Part shown: in pieces, positions 54,142 to 64,000 of the stretch
How the letters are laid out: every line of letters starts with the position of its first letter
How positions within the stretch are numbered: position 1 is the stretch's first letter
Assembly: GCA_905178155.1 (NCBI GenBank)
Contig: CAJINV010000003.1
Coordinates: 331,091 to 395,090 of the forward strand
Length of the DNA stretch: 64,000 nucleotides
Origin: Amoebophrya sp. A120
Taxonomy: Eukaryota > Protista > Dinoflagellata
Direction: 5' to 3'
Made by a program: the position numbers and the translations under genes
The notes under the pieces: generated by a model
The model's input: only the letters and a program-made list of their open reading frames with translations
What the model was told of the DNA's origin: nothing
Databases searched by the model: none

Positions 54142-57100
54142 ATGGGAGCTACTCGGCTCTCCTGCTCGTTTCTTGCAGGTCGTGTTGCTTCAGAGGTGGG
54201 GGGTTCTGGTGGAAATTTTTTGAAGAGCGCAACAGCAGCACGATATAATTCGGCCTGGACGAGCTGGACCTCCGCTTTGGCTGCTCTACTCTTCTACTTC
54301 AGCGTTTTATTTACCGAAACTCGGGCACTGGACGGGCATTTCTGTTGGGTTATTCAGGGAAAATTTGTCACCGTCACCGTTTTGGCATATTCATTTTCCG
54401 ACCCAAAAAAATTGATTTTTTCCTGATATCCCACACATGCCCATATTGATCAGTTGTTGCAAATGTGGCCCGCGAGGCATTACACTTCGAGCATGGTGGC
54501 CCGTGTAGTTGAACGCAATCCAGAAGCGCCCCGGAATGGCTTTGCCGTCGTACAGACCAAAGACGCGGCTCCAGAAGGTCCGTTGCGAGGAGGCTGGCTG
54601 CTGGCGCATAGGGGCTCGACCCTTGCTGGGGGGCCTTCTCCATGGTGCGGCTTGCGATGTTGGGTTGCTCCTGGGAATGTCGGGCCCTTGTCACTCCTTG
54701 ACGAAAGGCCTCCGGCAAAGGACCTCCAGAACCCAGAAAAAAGCAGCAAAATTTTAAGCAAATTTAACGACCACCTGGTGACAAATCCCAGAAATTTTAC
54801 ATTTTGCACGGTATGGTGGACGTTTCCGAGCCAGATTTGTTACTGGTGACAAATCAGCAAATTCTTGCATTTTGCAAGGTATGGTGGACGATTGCGCACG
54901 GACCAAAAATTCTTGCAGCTGCAAGAATTTTTGATCAGTGCGCAATCGTCCACCATACCGCGCAAAATGCAAAATTTCTGGCATTTGTCACCAGTTCCGA
55001 TTTTGGGCTCCCAGAGTCCACCATACCGTGCAAAATGCACGATTTTCGAGATTTGTCACCAGGTCGTCGGTTAATTTGCTCAAAAAATTGCCTTTTTTTC
55101 ACGGGTAGTGGAGGTCCTTTGCTGAAGGTCTTTCGTCAAGGAGTAAGATGTGCCCGAGATGCTAAGGGGCAACCCAGCAAGACCAGCCACAGTATTCCGA
55201 TCCTCCGCGGACGGAAATCTGGTTGCTCTAGTGTCAGTAGACAGCCTCCCAGCCAAGGACCTTCTGGAGCAGCGGCTTTGGCCTGTATAACGGCAGCGCC
55301 GTTCTGGGATATTTCGGGACTACCTTCAGCGAGCTAGGTCAGCGCGCTTGAAACGCAGTAGCTAGCTTGCCGCAGTTGCAACATGTGGCAGACACGGACA
55401 CGCATACAAAGCCAGCAGAAATTCAAATTTTTTTGCTCAAAAAATGAATATGCCAAAACGGTGACGGTGACAAATTTTCCCTGAATATGGGTGGGAGGAG
55501 TATCGTGGTCTGACTGCTGCTATCCTGTGCAAAAGTATCGTACTCGTAGTAATCGCATTTATGCATTACAAATCTTTTTCTAAACGCAAATCCGCATTAC
55601 AAACTTAATCTGTAATGCTGAGCCAATTTGTAATGCATTTATACGAATACGATACTTTTGCAGTTCATAGCTGCGACACGGGTGGCGCGTTCGGGAACGA
55701 AGCGTGTTGGACCGGGGAGTTCACGTTCGAGCGATGTTGCGACCGCCAGATGCAGGGTCTGGAGGACGAGTGGGGACCGAAGCTGCTGCAGAATCTGAAG
55801 ACGACGTTATCCTGAGTAAAAACGTACCCACACCAGAGTCAGGATGGGGATTTTGCAACACAAACCTAGGAGCTTTGTAAGTCACGCATGACAAGTTGCA
55901 CTATGCAGTGTAGTGCAGGTTAGCAAGTGCAGCCGCGTCACAGATTCATCTGCTCATCCTGTTCACAGCATCACAAATTTCAAAACACGATTGGAAATGG
56001 CTCTCATGGAGATGCGCATTACAAGTCTTCCTGTCTTTGCAAATCTGCATTACAACTCTGGTGTGGGTACGTTTTTACTCAGGATAGACGTCGCACGAGG
56101 AGATGGAGGAGAGCCTGCGGAAATCACTGACCGTGGTGGAGTATGCATTGCAAAAGTATCGTACTCGTACTAATTGCAGATATGCATGACAAATCTAGCT
56201 GTTAAGGTAAATCAGCATTACAAATTTAGGTTTGTAATGCTGAGCTAATTTGTATTGCGATTTATACTAGTGCGATACTTTTGCACAGGATATGGAGAAC
56301 CGCACCATGAGTGCGCACAGTAGCGCGCTCTTCCTGGTCTTGCTGCTGCGTCTGCAACAGCGATTCGCGGAGGCGGAAGAGCTGCAGCACCAAATCCCGC
56401 AACTGCAGCTGTCCGTGAATTCCGCCACCGGCGTGTGGGAAGGGAGCAGCAGCGTCGGGTACCACATGCACGACGTCGATTTGGTGCACACCGGTTTGAT
56501 ATCCTGTGCAAAAGCATCGTACTCGTATAAATGCATTACAAATTTGCTCGGCATGAGAAATAAAATTTGTAATGCGGATTTAGCTTCAGAAGAAAAATTT
56601 GTCATGCGTGATTGCAATTACTACGAGTACGGTGCTTTTGCATTGCATATTTGATGCCTTTACTGCAAAAATACAACGCCCGTTCCGTGCTGGACCTGGG
56701 CTGCGGTGTGGGCTACTACGTCCGCGACTTCCGGACCAAGTACAGGTCCGCCAGTCAGGCGCCATTGGACCTCGTGCTCGGCGTGGACGGCAACCCCGAT
56801 ACGGTGGAGATTACCGACGGGCGGTGCACCGTGGGCGACTTGTCGAAAAAGCTGGACCTCGGCTTTCGCTTTGACGTGGTGATGTCCCTGGAAGTGGCCG
56901 AACACATTCCCCCGGAGTACGAGCAGACGTTTGTAGCGAATTTGCTGCGACACAGCGGACACCTGCTGGTGTTGTCTTGGGGCAACCAGCCGGGGCACGG
57001 CCACGTCAACAACAAGGCATCGGGGGAAGTTCGAAGCGTCTTCACCGCACACGGCTTTCTTTTCGACGAGGAAGAGAGTCGCAGGCTTCGCACAGCCGCA

Positions 57101-57220
57101 AACTTTCCCTGGTTCCAGGAAACCCTGCATGTCTTCCGAAGAATATACAACACAACGAGTGCCGCGGGCGGGGCTGGTCATGTTGGTAGGAGTACAGAAC
57201 CCGGCAAGACGCGGAAATAA
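54142..57220 (+). CDS. Class I SAM-dependent methyltransferase with signal/TM segment and CW-x7-CC repeats (5 introners)
   Basis: SVLDLGCGVGYYV, LGVDGN, FDVVMSLEVAEHIP; N-terminal CWVGGVSWSDCC and CWTGEFTFERCC; frame restored across all five insertions. Confidence 0.85.
54351..55487. mobile_element. 1137-bp foldback (fully palindromic) TIR element acting as an intron
   Basis: Perfect TIR of about 47 bp, TATTCAGGGAAAATTTGTCACCGTCACCGTTTTGGCATATTCATTTT; TSD TGGGT; imperfect arms converge on the palindrome AAAAATTCTTGCAGCTGCAAGAATTTTT centred at 54918/54919. Confidence 0.9.
55521..55669. mobile_element. Introner, family A
   Basis: TATCCTGTGCAAAAGTATCGTACTCGTA...TACGAATACGATACTTTTGCAGTTCATA; TSD GCTGC. 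Confidence 0.93.
55808..56086. mobile_element. Introner, family I
   Basis: Perfect 32-bp TIR TATCCTGAGTAAAAACGTACCCACACCAGAGT; TSD GACGT. Confidence 0.93.
56142..56292. mobile_element. Introner, family A (inverted orientation)
   Basis: TATGCATTGCAAAAGTATCGTACTCGTA...GCGATACTTTTGCACAGGATA; TSD TGGAG. Confidence 0.92.
56500..56649. mobile_element. Introner, family A
   Basis: TATCCTGTGCAAAAGCATCGTACTCGTA...TACGAGTACGGTGCTTTTGCATTGCATA; TSD TTTGA. Confidence 0.92.
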
Positions 57221-57719
57221 TCCTTTTGCCGATTGAGATTGTAAAAGAAAAATGTGTAGCTGCTGATATGCTAGCTAGCAGCTAGTACAGCGTTGCGCGT
57301 GCTGTTGCTTGTTCCGGACAGCATTAAAATCGACAGAAGTGCTAGTGCTCGCACATGCAGTGGCATTTTCGCAGCGCTAACCCAAACTCTTTCTCTTTGC
57401 AAAACGCAACATATGCAACGCGGGAACCTTTTCAATGAGCTAGTCGCTTGCGCTGATGGTGATGTTAAAGAGAATGCAGTGGTGGCTCGCGCCGAAAAAT
57501 ACACGAGGATGAGGATCAAGAAGGGTCTTTGACTCCGGTGAAATGTAGTTTTACGGAAATGTCAATTGAGGGATAATATAGGAGAGACTTCATCACTTTT
57601 GCTGATCGCCATGATTGATGGGTGGCTGGCGCAAACCGAAATCAGGAGAGCAGAAGAATGTTACAAGCGACTGTAGGCTTATGCGCTAGAACCAAGTGTG
57701 AGTGTCTAATAAGCAAAAG

Positions 57720-57872
57720 CAAACACATAGCTGCTCCACCTCCTGTGTGATAATAGACACACAGCACGAACAAATTATGCCTCGTGTGACGACGTCTCAG
57801 ATCGAAGCGAGCTTGCGTGGCCTGGGACTGGCCCTGCCGTCTCCCGCCGCACCCGCCGCTAACTACATTCCT
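57720..57872 (+). pseudogene. Truncated 5' duplicate of the RidA gene, lacking the introner
   Basis: ATG at 57777, MPRVTTSQIEASLRGLGLALPSPAAPAANYIP, with a single CTGGG; stops at 57908. Confidence 0.75.
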
Positions 57873-57904
57873 TACTCACGGAACGCCGGGCCACTTCAGC
57901 TCGT

Positions 57905-59337
57905 CTGAGATCCCAAAAAGATCCTATCAAGATCCTGGCCGCTGGGCTACTTCCGCGCCCCGAAATTACGAATCAGGCCCAATGTTTTGGCCTTCGCTTT
58001 GCCTCCTTTGTATAGCAAATTCGCGCGGCCTTTTCTGGGCGTGTCGCATAGCTGCCGAGCCTATCCCGAGAGCGGCCCTGTTTGGGAAGCGCGATTCTTT
58101 TTCCTCTTGCGGGGGTATGTCGGTACTTTACGGCCACGCAAAACTTGGCGCGGGCCAGCCGTTAGGGAACGCGCCGCCCGCCGCGGCCAGCATGTCCTTT
58201 TGCCCCCCCTGTCTGGTGTGCTTCTGTAGTTTTTTCGTGGTAGTCTTGGCCATTGGGAAGGGGGTGGCGCAGAGGTGTTTCGACTGCAGGCATTCTGTTT
58301 GCCCAGCATCCGGGAGCGCGCAGAGAGGCGATGGCCTTTGGCGCGATGCGGTGGGTGCCAAGTGTTTTGCTTCTTGGGGTCGCGGGGATCGGCAGGCCAA
58401 CCCTGCAGAAAGCATGTCAAGCAAGGGTGGGAGTTGTCTCCCCGCGGCACAATTTTCGTACTCAGGAGCATTTCCCAGTGGAATTCGGCCGGGCATGGGG
58501 CCACTTTCCGGAGTTCATGGCCGCCGCCTCCATTTTCAAAAGTTCCGATCAAATGCCGATCAAGGTCCTCTCACATGCCTCTTTTTTTGCGCCGCCAAAT
58601 CCATAGATTCTAGTCGGGGGAGAGGCCAGGAGAAGCGGCAAAAAAAGTGTCCTCTGGACAGGATCTTGATCGGAACTTGATCGGAACTTTATCGGATCTT
58701 GAACGGAACTTTTTAGGAACTTTTTTCTCGCCTCTGATGCTTTTGCCATACCGCCGTGATTGGAGACTTTGAACCTTGGTCGGATCCTTAGTCGGATCCT
58801 TTGTTCGGGGTTGCAGAAGTGGCCTTTCTACCCTTGAAGCCCGTGCTTTTTCTTTGATTTAACAAATTCAGCGGGTTCGTTTTTGAATCAAAAAAAAAAC
58901 TCGCTTTGGGGCTAATGCGCCGTCTTTTGGTGGACCATTTCCGACCTGGCCTTGCCCTCGGGCTCGGGTATTTCTGGGCCATGGAAGCGGGATGGACCCT
59001 GCGGACGGGGGCATGCAATTCCGTCCATTGCCGGGCCCCAGATTGTTCCGCGTGGCGCCAGGGCTTTTACAACCGCGCGACCACTCGTTCGCCCTTGTTG
59101 GGCGTGGTTATTCGTCACTGCCAGCAAGCTAGCACCTGCGGCACCGCCCGTGGGGCGTCTGGCCCTTTCTCACATCCACCATGCCATCGTGTAACGCGCG
59201 TTACGCGAGCGGTCTATGCTTCCCGTTCGTCTGCAAGTTGTGGCAGAGGCTACAGAGGGGCGGGCGCTCCGAATCTTTCCGACCCCTCCCCCTGGAGTGT
59301 CGAGGGTGATCTTTCCAGGATCTTAATGGGACCTCAG
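57905..59337. mobile_element. Unclassified insertion with imperfect inverted ends
   Basis: CTGAGATCCCAAAAAGATCCT at the left matches the reverse complement of AGGATCTTAATGGGACCTCAG at the right; internal ~11-bp tandem repeats (GATCGGAACTT) near 58660-58710. Confidence 0.4.
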
Positions 59338-59386
59338 GGCGTCGACTGTGGCCCGCCGCACCCGCCGCTAACTACATTCCGTTGAC

Positions 59387-59893
59387 CGTTACTGTTGTCG
59401 AGGCAAAACCTTTATCCCGCGGGGTAAGGGAATGGGTTGTCAGAGGGGCCTCTCTTCCTCCGTCAGCGGGGTTGTCAGGTTTTTGCGGTCTGACGACCTA
59501 CGTTCGCACGTTCGGCCCGTTGTTGTCTCCGACGGTTTCGAGTTATAAAAGTTATGGTTTGTGTGATAAGGAGGCGGAACGGGCCTAGCGAAGCGGCCCG
59601 GGTTGCCGACGCCGGAACACAAAGCGGATTTTTATAAAGAGACACCCCCTTCCTACCGGTCGCTGTTGTTGTGGTCCCGGGAAGACCTAAAACTCGACCC
59701 AAAGAATTCAAATCGGTTCAAGTTTCAAGTAAAAATTTTTCCCGCCCTTCCCTCCCTTTATTTCTCGTTACTGTTGTCGGTACAAACCCCTTATCCCGCG
59801 GGGTAAGGGAGTGGGTTGTCAGGTTTTTGCGGTCTGACGACCTACGTTCGCACGTTCGGCCCGTTGTTGTCTCCGACGGTTTCGAGTTATAAA
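59387..59893 (+). repeat. Direct duplication of about 130-160 bp (59387-59550 and 59767-59893)
   Basis: Both copies contain TTATCCCGCGGGGTAAGGGA..GGGTTGTCAG and GGTTTTTGCGGTCTGACGACCTACGTTCGCACGTTCGGCCCG...GAGTTATAAAA. Confidence 0.8.
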
Positions 59894-59958
59894 ATAAAAC
59901 ATGACATAGCAGCTCTTCCTGTCCCTGTGTAATATTAGATACATAGCACAAACAAATT

Positions 59959-61434
59959 ATGCCGCGTGTGACGACGTCTCAGATCGAAGCGAGCTTGCGT
60001 GCCCTGGGTACTAAGTGGAAAAATGTCTGCAGCAAAAAAAAACAAAATTGGTAGTGCAGTTTGTGCCCTTCTCTTCTCGCCCGGACTGCAGCGCGCTGGC
60101 GAGCGCCGTGGACTCCATGCTGGGGAGCTTGGCCGTGGTGCTGTGCTCCATTTTTCCTGCGTCGGTGCTCAAAGCTCCCGCGCGAGCTTGAAGGTCCCCC
60201 AGTAGTCAGCCCAGGCCTTAGTCCTCATACTTCTCGTTCTGGAAAGTAGTTGCTTTTGTCATGCTCCTGTCCAGCATGCCGCGAACCTCAGCCAGGTACT
60301 TGGGCGTAAAGCCCCTCCCGCCAAAAGTGGCAATTTGTAATGCGGGTCTCGCATTACAAATGGCCTTTTCTTGTGACTCGTTCTGGGTCAGCTTTCCGGG
60401 CCGGGTCACAAATCTGAGGCCCTGCATCAGCAGAATGCCGTGCTGTAAGGGTTCAGATTTGTGATGCAAAACGTGGCTCCGCCAAAAACGTCTGCACCTC
60501 GTCACTGAGGTCCCCAAGTGGAGGTGCAGAGCCTCTTCTTCAGCAAATTCAACTCATTCTCAAACAAGACAGGCACTAGGTAAATCGTCTGGAATCAGGA
60601 GGGAGTGTGGGAACTTGAAGAACTACAACTGCGAACCCGGGTGGACGACGTCCACCGATACCGACGCACCGAGTCCCTCGGTGGCTGAGCTGTCTCCTCT
60701 GCTTCGTCGGCCGAGGCCTTGCCGGAATACCTGGCCTACCCATTTCCTTGATTTCGTTTCATTGTGAAAAAAAATAAACACCCAAGAAGGTGCCCAAAAA
60801 TGTAGGATGCAAAAATTTTGATTTTTTTAGCTGCAGACATTTTTCAGTTTAGTACTGGGACTGGCCCTGCCGTCTCCCGCCGCACCCGCCGCTAACTACA
60901 TTCCGTTCACGAAAGTTGGCCCTCTGGTGTTTGTGAGTGGCCAGATCCCAAAGTTACCCGACGGAACCATGCACAAGGGGAAAGTTGGAGACTCGTACAC
61001 GGTGGAGAGAGCACAGGAAGCCGCACGGGTATGCGCCCTAAACATCGTAGCACAGATAAAGGAAGCCTGCAAAGATGGGGAATTGGCACAGGTAGACTTT
61101 TCATAGGATCACTACTTTTATCATCTGAAGGAAGCAGCGGCGGGCAACATCGCTGTTCTTAGATTGGTGATGATGAAGATGAAAGAGGAATCAAAGCAGC
61201 TACCTTCGCCTTTCCTGAAAAACTCAGGTGAAGAAAATAGTGAAGCTGGAAGGATTCGTGTCGTGCGGTGCGGAGTTTACCGAGCACCCAGAAGTGATCA
61301 ATGGGGCGAGCGACCTGCTTGTTGACCTATTTGGCCCAGATGTCGGACCGCACTCGCGATTCGCTGTAGGCTGTGCCAGTCTTCCGCGGGGTGTTCCCGT
61401 GGAGATCGGGGCCGTCGTCGAGCTCGATGGATAA
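59959..61434 (+). CDS. RidA/YjgF/YER057c/UK114-family protein
   Basis: PAAPAANYIPFTKVGPLVFVSGQIP...AARVCALNIVAQ...VKKIVKLEGFV...HPEVINGASDLLVDLFG...HSRFAVGCASLPRGVPVEI; element at 60009-60854 and GT-AG intron 61092-61227. Confidence 0.9.
60009..60854. mobile_element. 846-bp introner / MITE-like element with TAC...GTA ends
   Basis: TACTAAGTGGAAAAATGTCTGCAGC...GCTGCAGACATTTTTCAGTTTAGTA; TSD CTGGG; carries TGT(C/A/G)ATGC motifs. Confidence 0.88.
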
Positions 61435-62245
61435 AGGAAGATAGATTTCATGGCTGACGGCAAAAGTGACCAAGACCAACTTTTGAATTCTACGTACTGA
61501 CCTACAAGTAGCAGCTGCACAACATCAGAATCAAGAGGCATGATAGCGACGCAAGAAAAACTTTCAGTGACTCACAATGACCTGTGGCACAGTGATGTTA
61601 ACTACATCAAACGAATGAACTTTTCTCAGCGAGGATCATGTCAACAGAACAAACCTTTCAGCAAAGAACACGACTTTGTTGTGGATGAATTAGACGACGA
61701 AGACTCGTTCGTCGATCGAACAATTGGGGAGATGCTGTTGTCAATTTTTTCGCCAGCTCGGGGCTGGCCAGGTTTTCCTATCTTGTGAACAAACGATCTT
61801 TCCGTATTGTGCGCCGTCGATCTCTTTCCTTTTTCATTTACACCGTTTTTCTTTTTGCTCCGTCTCATTCTTTTTCTCGTCTAGGGTGCATTTTTCTCAT
61901 ATGAAGATTTTGTATGCTAAAAAAGTTGTCAGAGAATTAGAAGCAACTGAACTTTAGTACGTGCTAAAGGAAAAGTGCTAGTTTTGAAAGGTTAAGGTAG
62001 TAGTTATCAAATAAATTGTTCGAAGGAGATGATATATTGAATGCGTTCCACTCCATTCTTTTGATTGAATTAGCCGTGGCATTTCTATCGCAGTAGCAGC
62101 TGTACCTCCCCTAGAGGTCAAATCTCGAACATGACGTAGGTCGTGGTTTTCAGTCACACTGACTCCGTTACAACAAGGCCTGAACAAAGCGAACGAATAC
62201 TACAGATCTACAAGCACTACCCTTTTATTTCAACAACGATAAAAC

Positions 62246-63857
62246 ATGCACTATCCTTCTCTAAGAGATCTTCAAATGAAATATCTGTCGCTGCCGCGCC
62301 CGCGCCTGGCCCTTCTTTCGTATCGTGGCGCCTCCGCTTTACGCAGAGGGGGGGGGGGGGTGCGCGGACGCACGGGACAAGGCGCTTCACTTCTCGGGGT
62401 ATTTTTTTCTGTCTCCCACGTTTTTGCCACTTTGGTAACCACCCACGACGCCGTAGGCTTCCCTGACGCCAACTCGATCAGCTCTATGCCGTATTATTAC
62501 TACAATTCTTCGTCGTTCGCAGACCTGCACTTGCACAGCCAGGATCGCCAGCTACCTTTGCTGCAGTCAGAAAACTTTGGAGCCGCTTTTGCAACAAATT
62601 GGACTGCCTGTGATGGTGTTGGAAGTGGTGCGACATACGTACTACAACACCAACAGAGCCTTCCGCATATGCTCGAACATCAGCCTTCAGTGTACGAGGC
62701 CGGCGGCCTAGAAACCGCGAGGGAGCCGACAAGCAGCGCCAATACGTTGAGGAAAAACGAAGAGGCCGAGCGGAACAATCCGGGCTTCAAGGCAATGTCG
62801 CAGCAGCTTTTTCATCTCGCGAGGGCTCGCCCTCGCGAGGTGCGAGGAGATGTTTGTCGACGTCAACGAGGGCGCCGCGGGCGGTTCCTTTCTCAGTCCA
62901 AAGCAGGCGCTAAAACTCCGGCAAATCATCACCAACAGCGTCCCGCTGCAACGCCCATATTTTTGAGCGACGCCGACCGGGAAAAGCCAGGTTGGGAGGC
63001 ATCTACGCGGCAGCTACAGCCTTTTCACGCGAGAAGTGCGCCGCGCGGTAGAAGAGCGCTTCCCCGCCGCCAACGGAGGCACGAGCGGTTTCTTCCTTTT
63101 TCCAAAGCAGGCGCTCTCCGGGCGGATCTCGATTTCGTCGACCAGGTCTCGTCAACGGCCAGCTCCCATTCCGAAACTGGTATACATAGAAGTTAGAATT
63201 TATGTGTAAATCATAATGCTTTCTCGGTTTTGTTACGAGGGGTGTGCAGTTTTTCTTTTTTCGTTTTCTCAGTCATGGGCAGAAAGACGTTCAAATGGAC
63301 ATCCATCTCAAAGTCTCACCAGTTTCTGTTCGCAGGATTTTCGTTTGCAGGATTTTATAAAAACATTTTACAAAGCAGGCACGAGACCTTCCGCCAACGG
63401 CCAGCCTCTACTCCCTGCTGTCGCACGGCCGCTGCGGAGGGTACAGCGGTGCGCAGACCTCGGAAGCTTGGTCAGACCGTTGGAGAGCGAAGTGGGCTTG
63501 CATACTCTTGGACATCGCAGCTTTATCCCGGTTGCGCCGATTGGCGTGGCCGGAACTACATACCAGGAGGGGCATGGAGAACTAGGAATCGGCGTCAGCT
63601 CTGCCAACGGCCACCTTAATAGCTCTGCCACCGGATTGCTCGCATGTCCGCCGCTTTTCTCGGAAGAGATCGAGCTGGAGCTCGGTTCTTTCCTTCTGCC
63701 ACCGGCCTGGAGCGCCCGGGACTTCTCTACAACGGCACTCTCTAGCGCAGCCACTGACATCGGGGACTCAAGTTCAACGGAAGACCTGCCAGTCTTCGCC
63801 AGCGCCGCACGCAGTGATGTTCGCCCTGCTTCTGACAGAGAACACAAGTGGAAATGA
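62246..63857 (+). CDS. Hypothetical protein (probably two or more exons; model uncertain)
   Basis: Consecutive + strand ORFs 62246-63196 and 63216-63857; no recognisable domain. Confidence 0.35.
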
Positions 63858-64000
63858 CAAGAACAACAAGCGCCGACCTGATAGATGAAGAACGAGCACT
63901 GCGTTGCAGTTGCACGTAACGAGCGCTGGCGCTGCCAGTGTGAGCCATGCGCGGATAATCATTGTGCAGGAAAAAAAAAAGATATAAGAAAATAATATTA

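Noticed and set aside
54351-60854. Autonomous transposase inside the two large elements or the 57905-59337 insertion
   Set aside because: Only short or low-complexity ORFs are present, with no DDE-like motifs recognised.

Overview
Eukaryotic genomic DNA with about 16 protein-coding genes, all on the + strand. They include two ankyrin-repeat proteins, a Trf4/Cid1-like nucleotidyltransferase, a TPR protein, a SET-domain protein, an EamA/DMT transporter, a cytochrome b5-DUF1501-DUF1800 fusion, a SNF1/AMPK-type kinase, a SAM methyltransferase and a RidA/YjgF protein. The dominant signal is 35 insertion elements of about 140-1140 bp from roughly 10 sequence families, all inside coding exons. They share one architecture: 5'-TAY...RTA-3' ends (two right ends are single-base variants), terminal inverted repeats (TIRs), a 5-bp target-site duplication (TSD) and repeated TGT(C/G/A)ATGC motifs. 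Removing an element plus one TSD copy restores the reading frame, so they behave as non-canonical, transposon-derived introns (introners). This architecture and the unidirectional gene order resemble the parasitic dinoflagellate Amoebophrya (inferred, not verified). Two genes have upstream partial duplicates that preserve the empty pre-insertion sites. All coordinates and gene models were read by eye and need RNA-seq confirmation.
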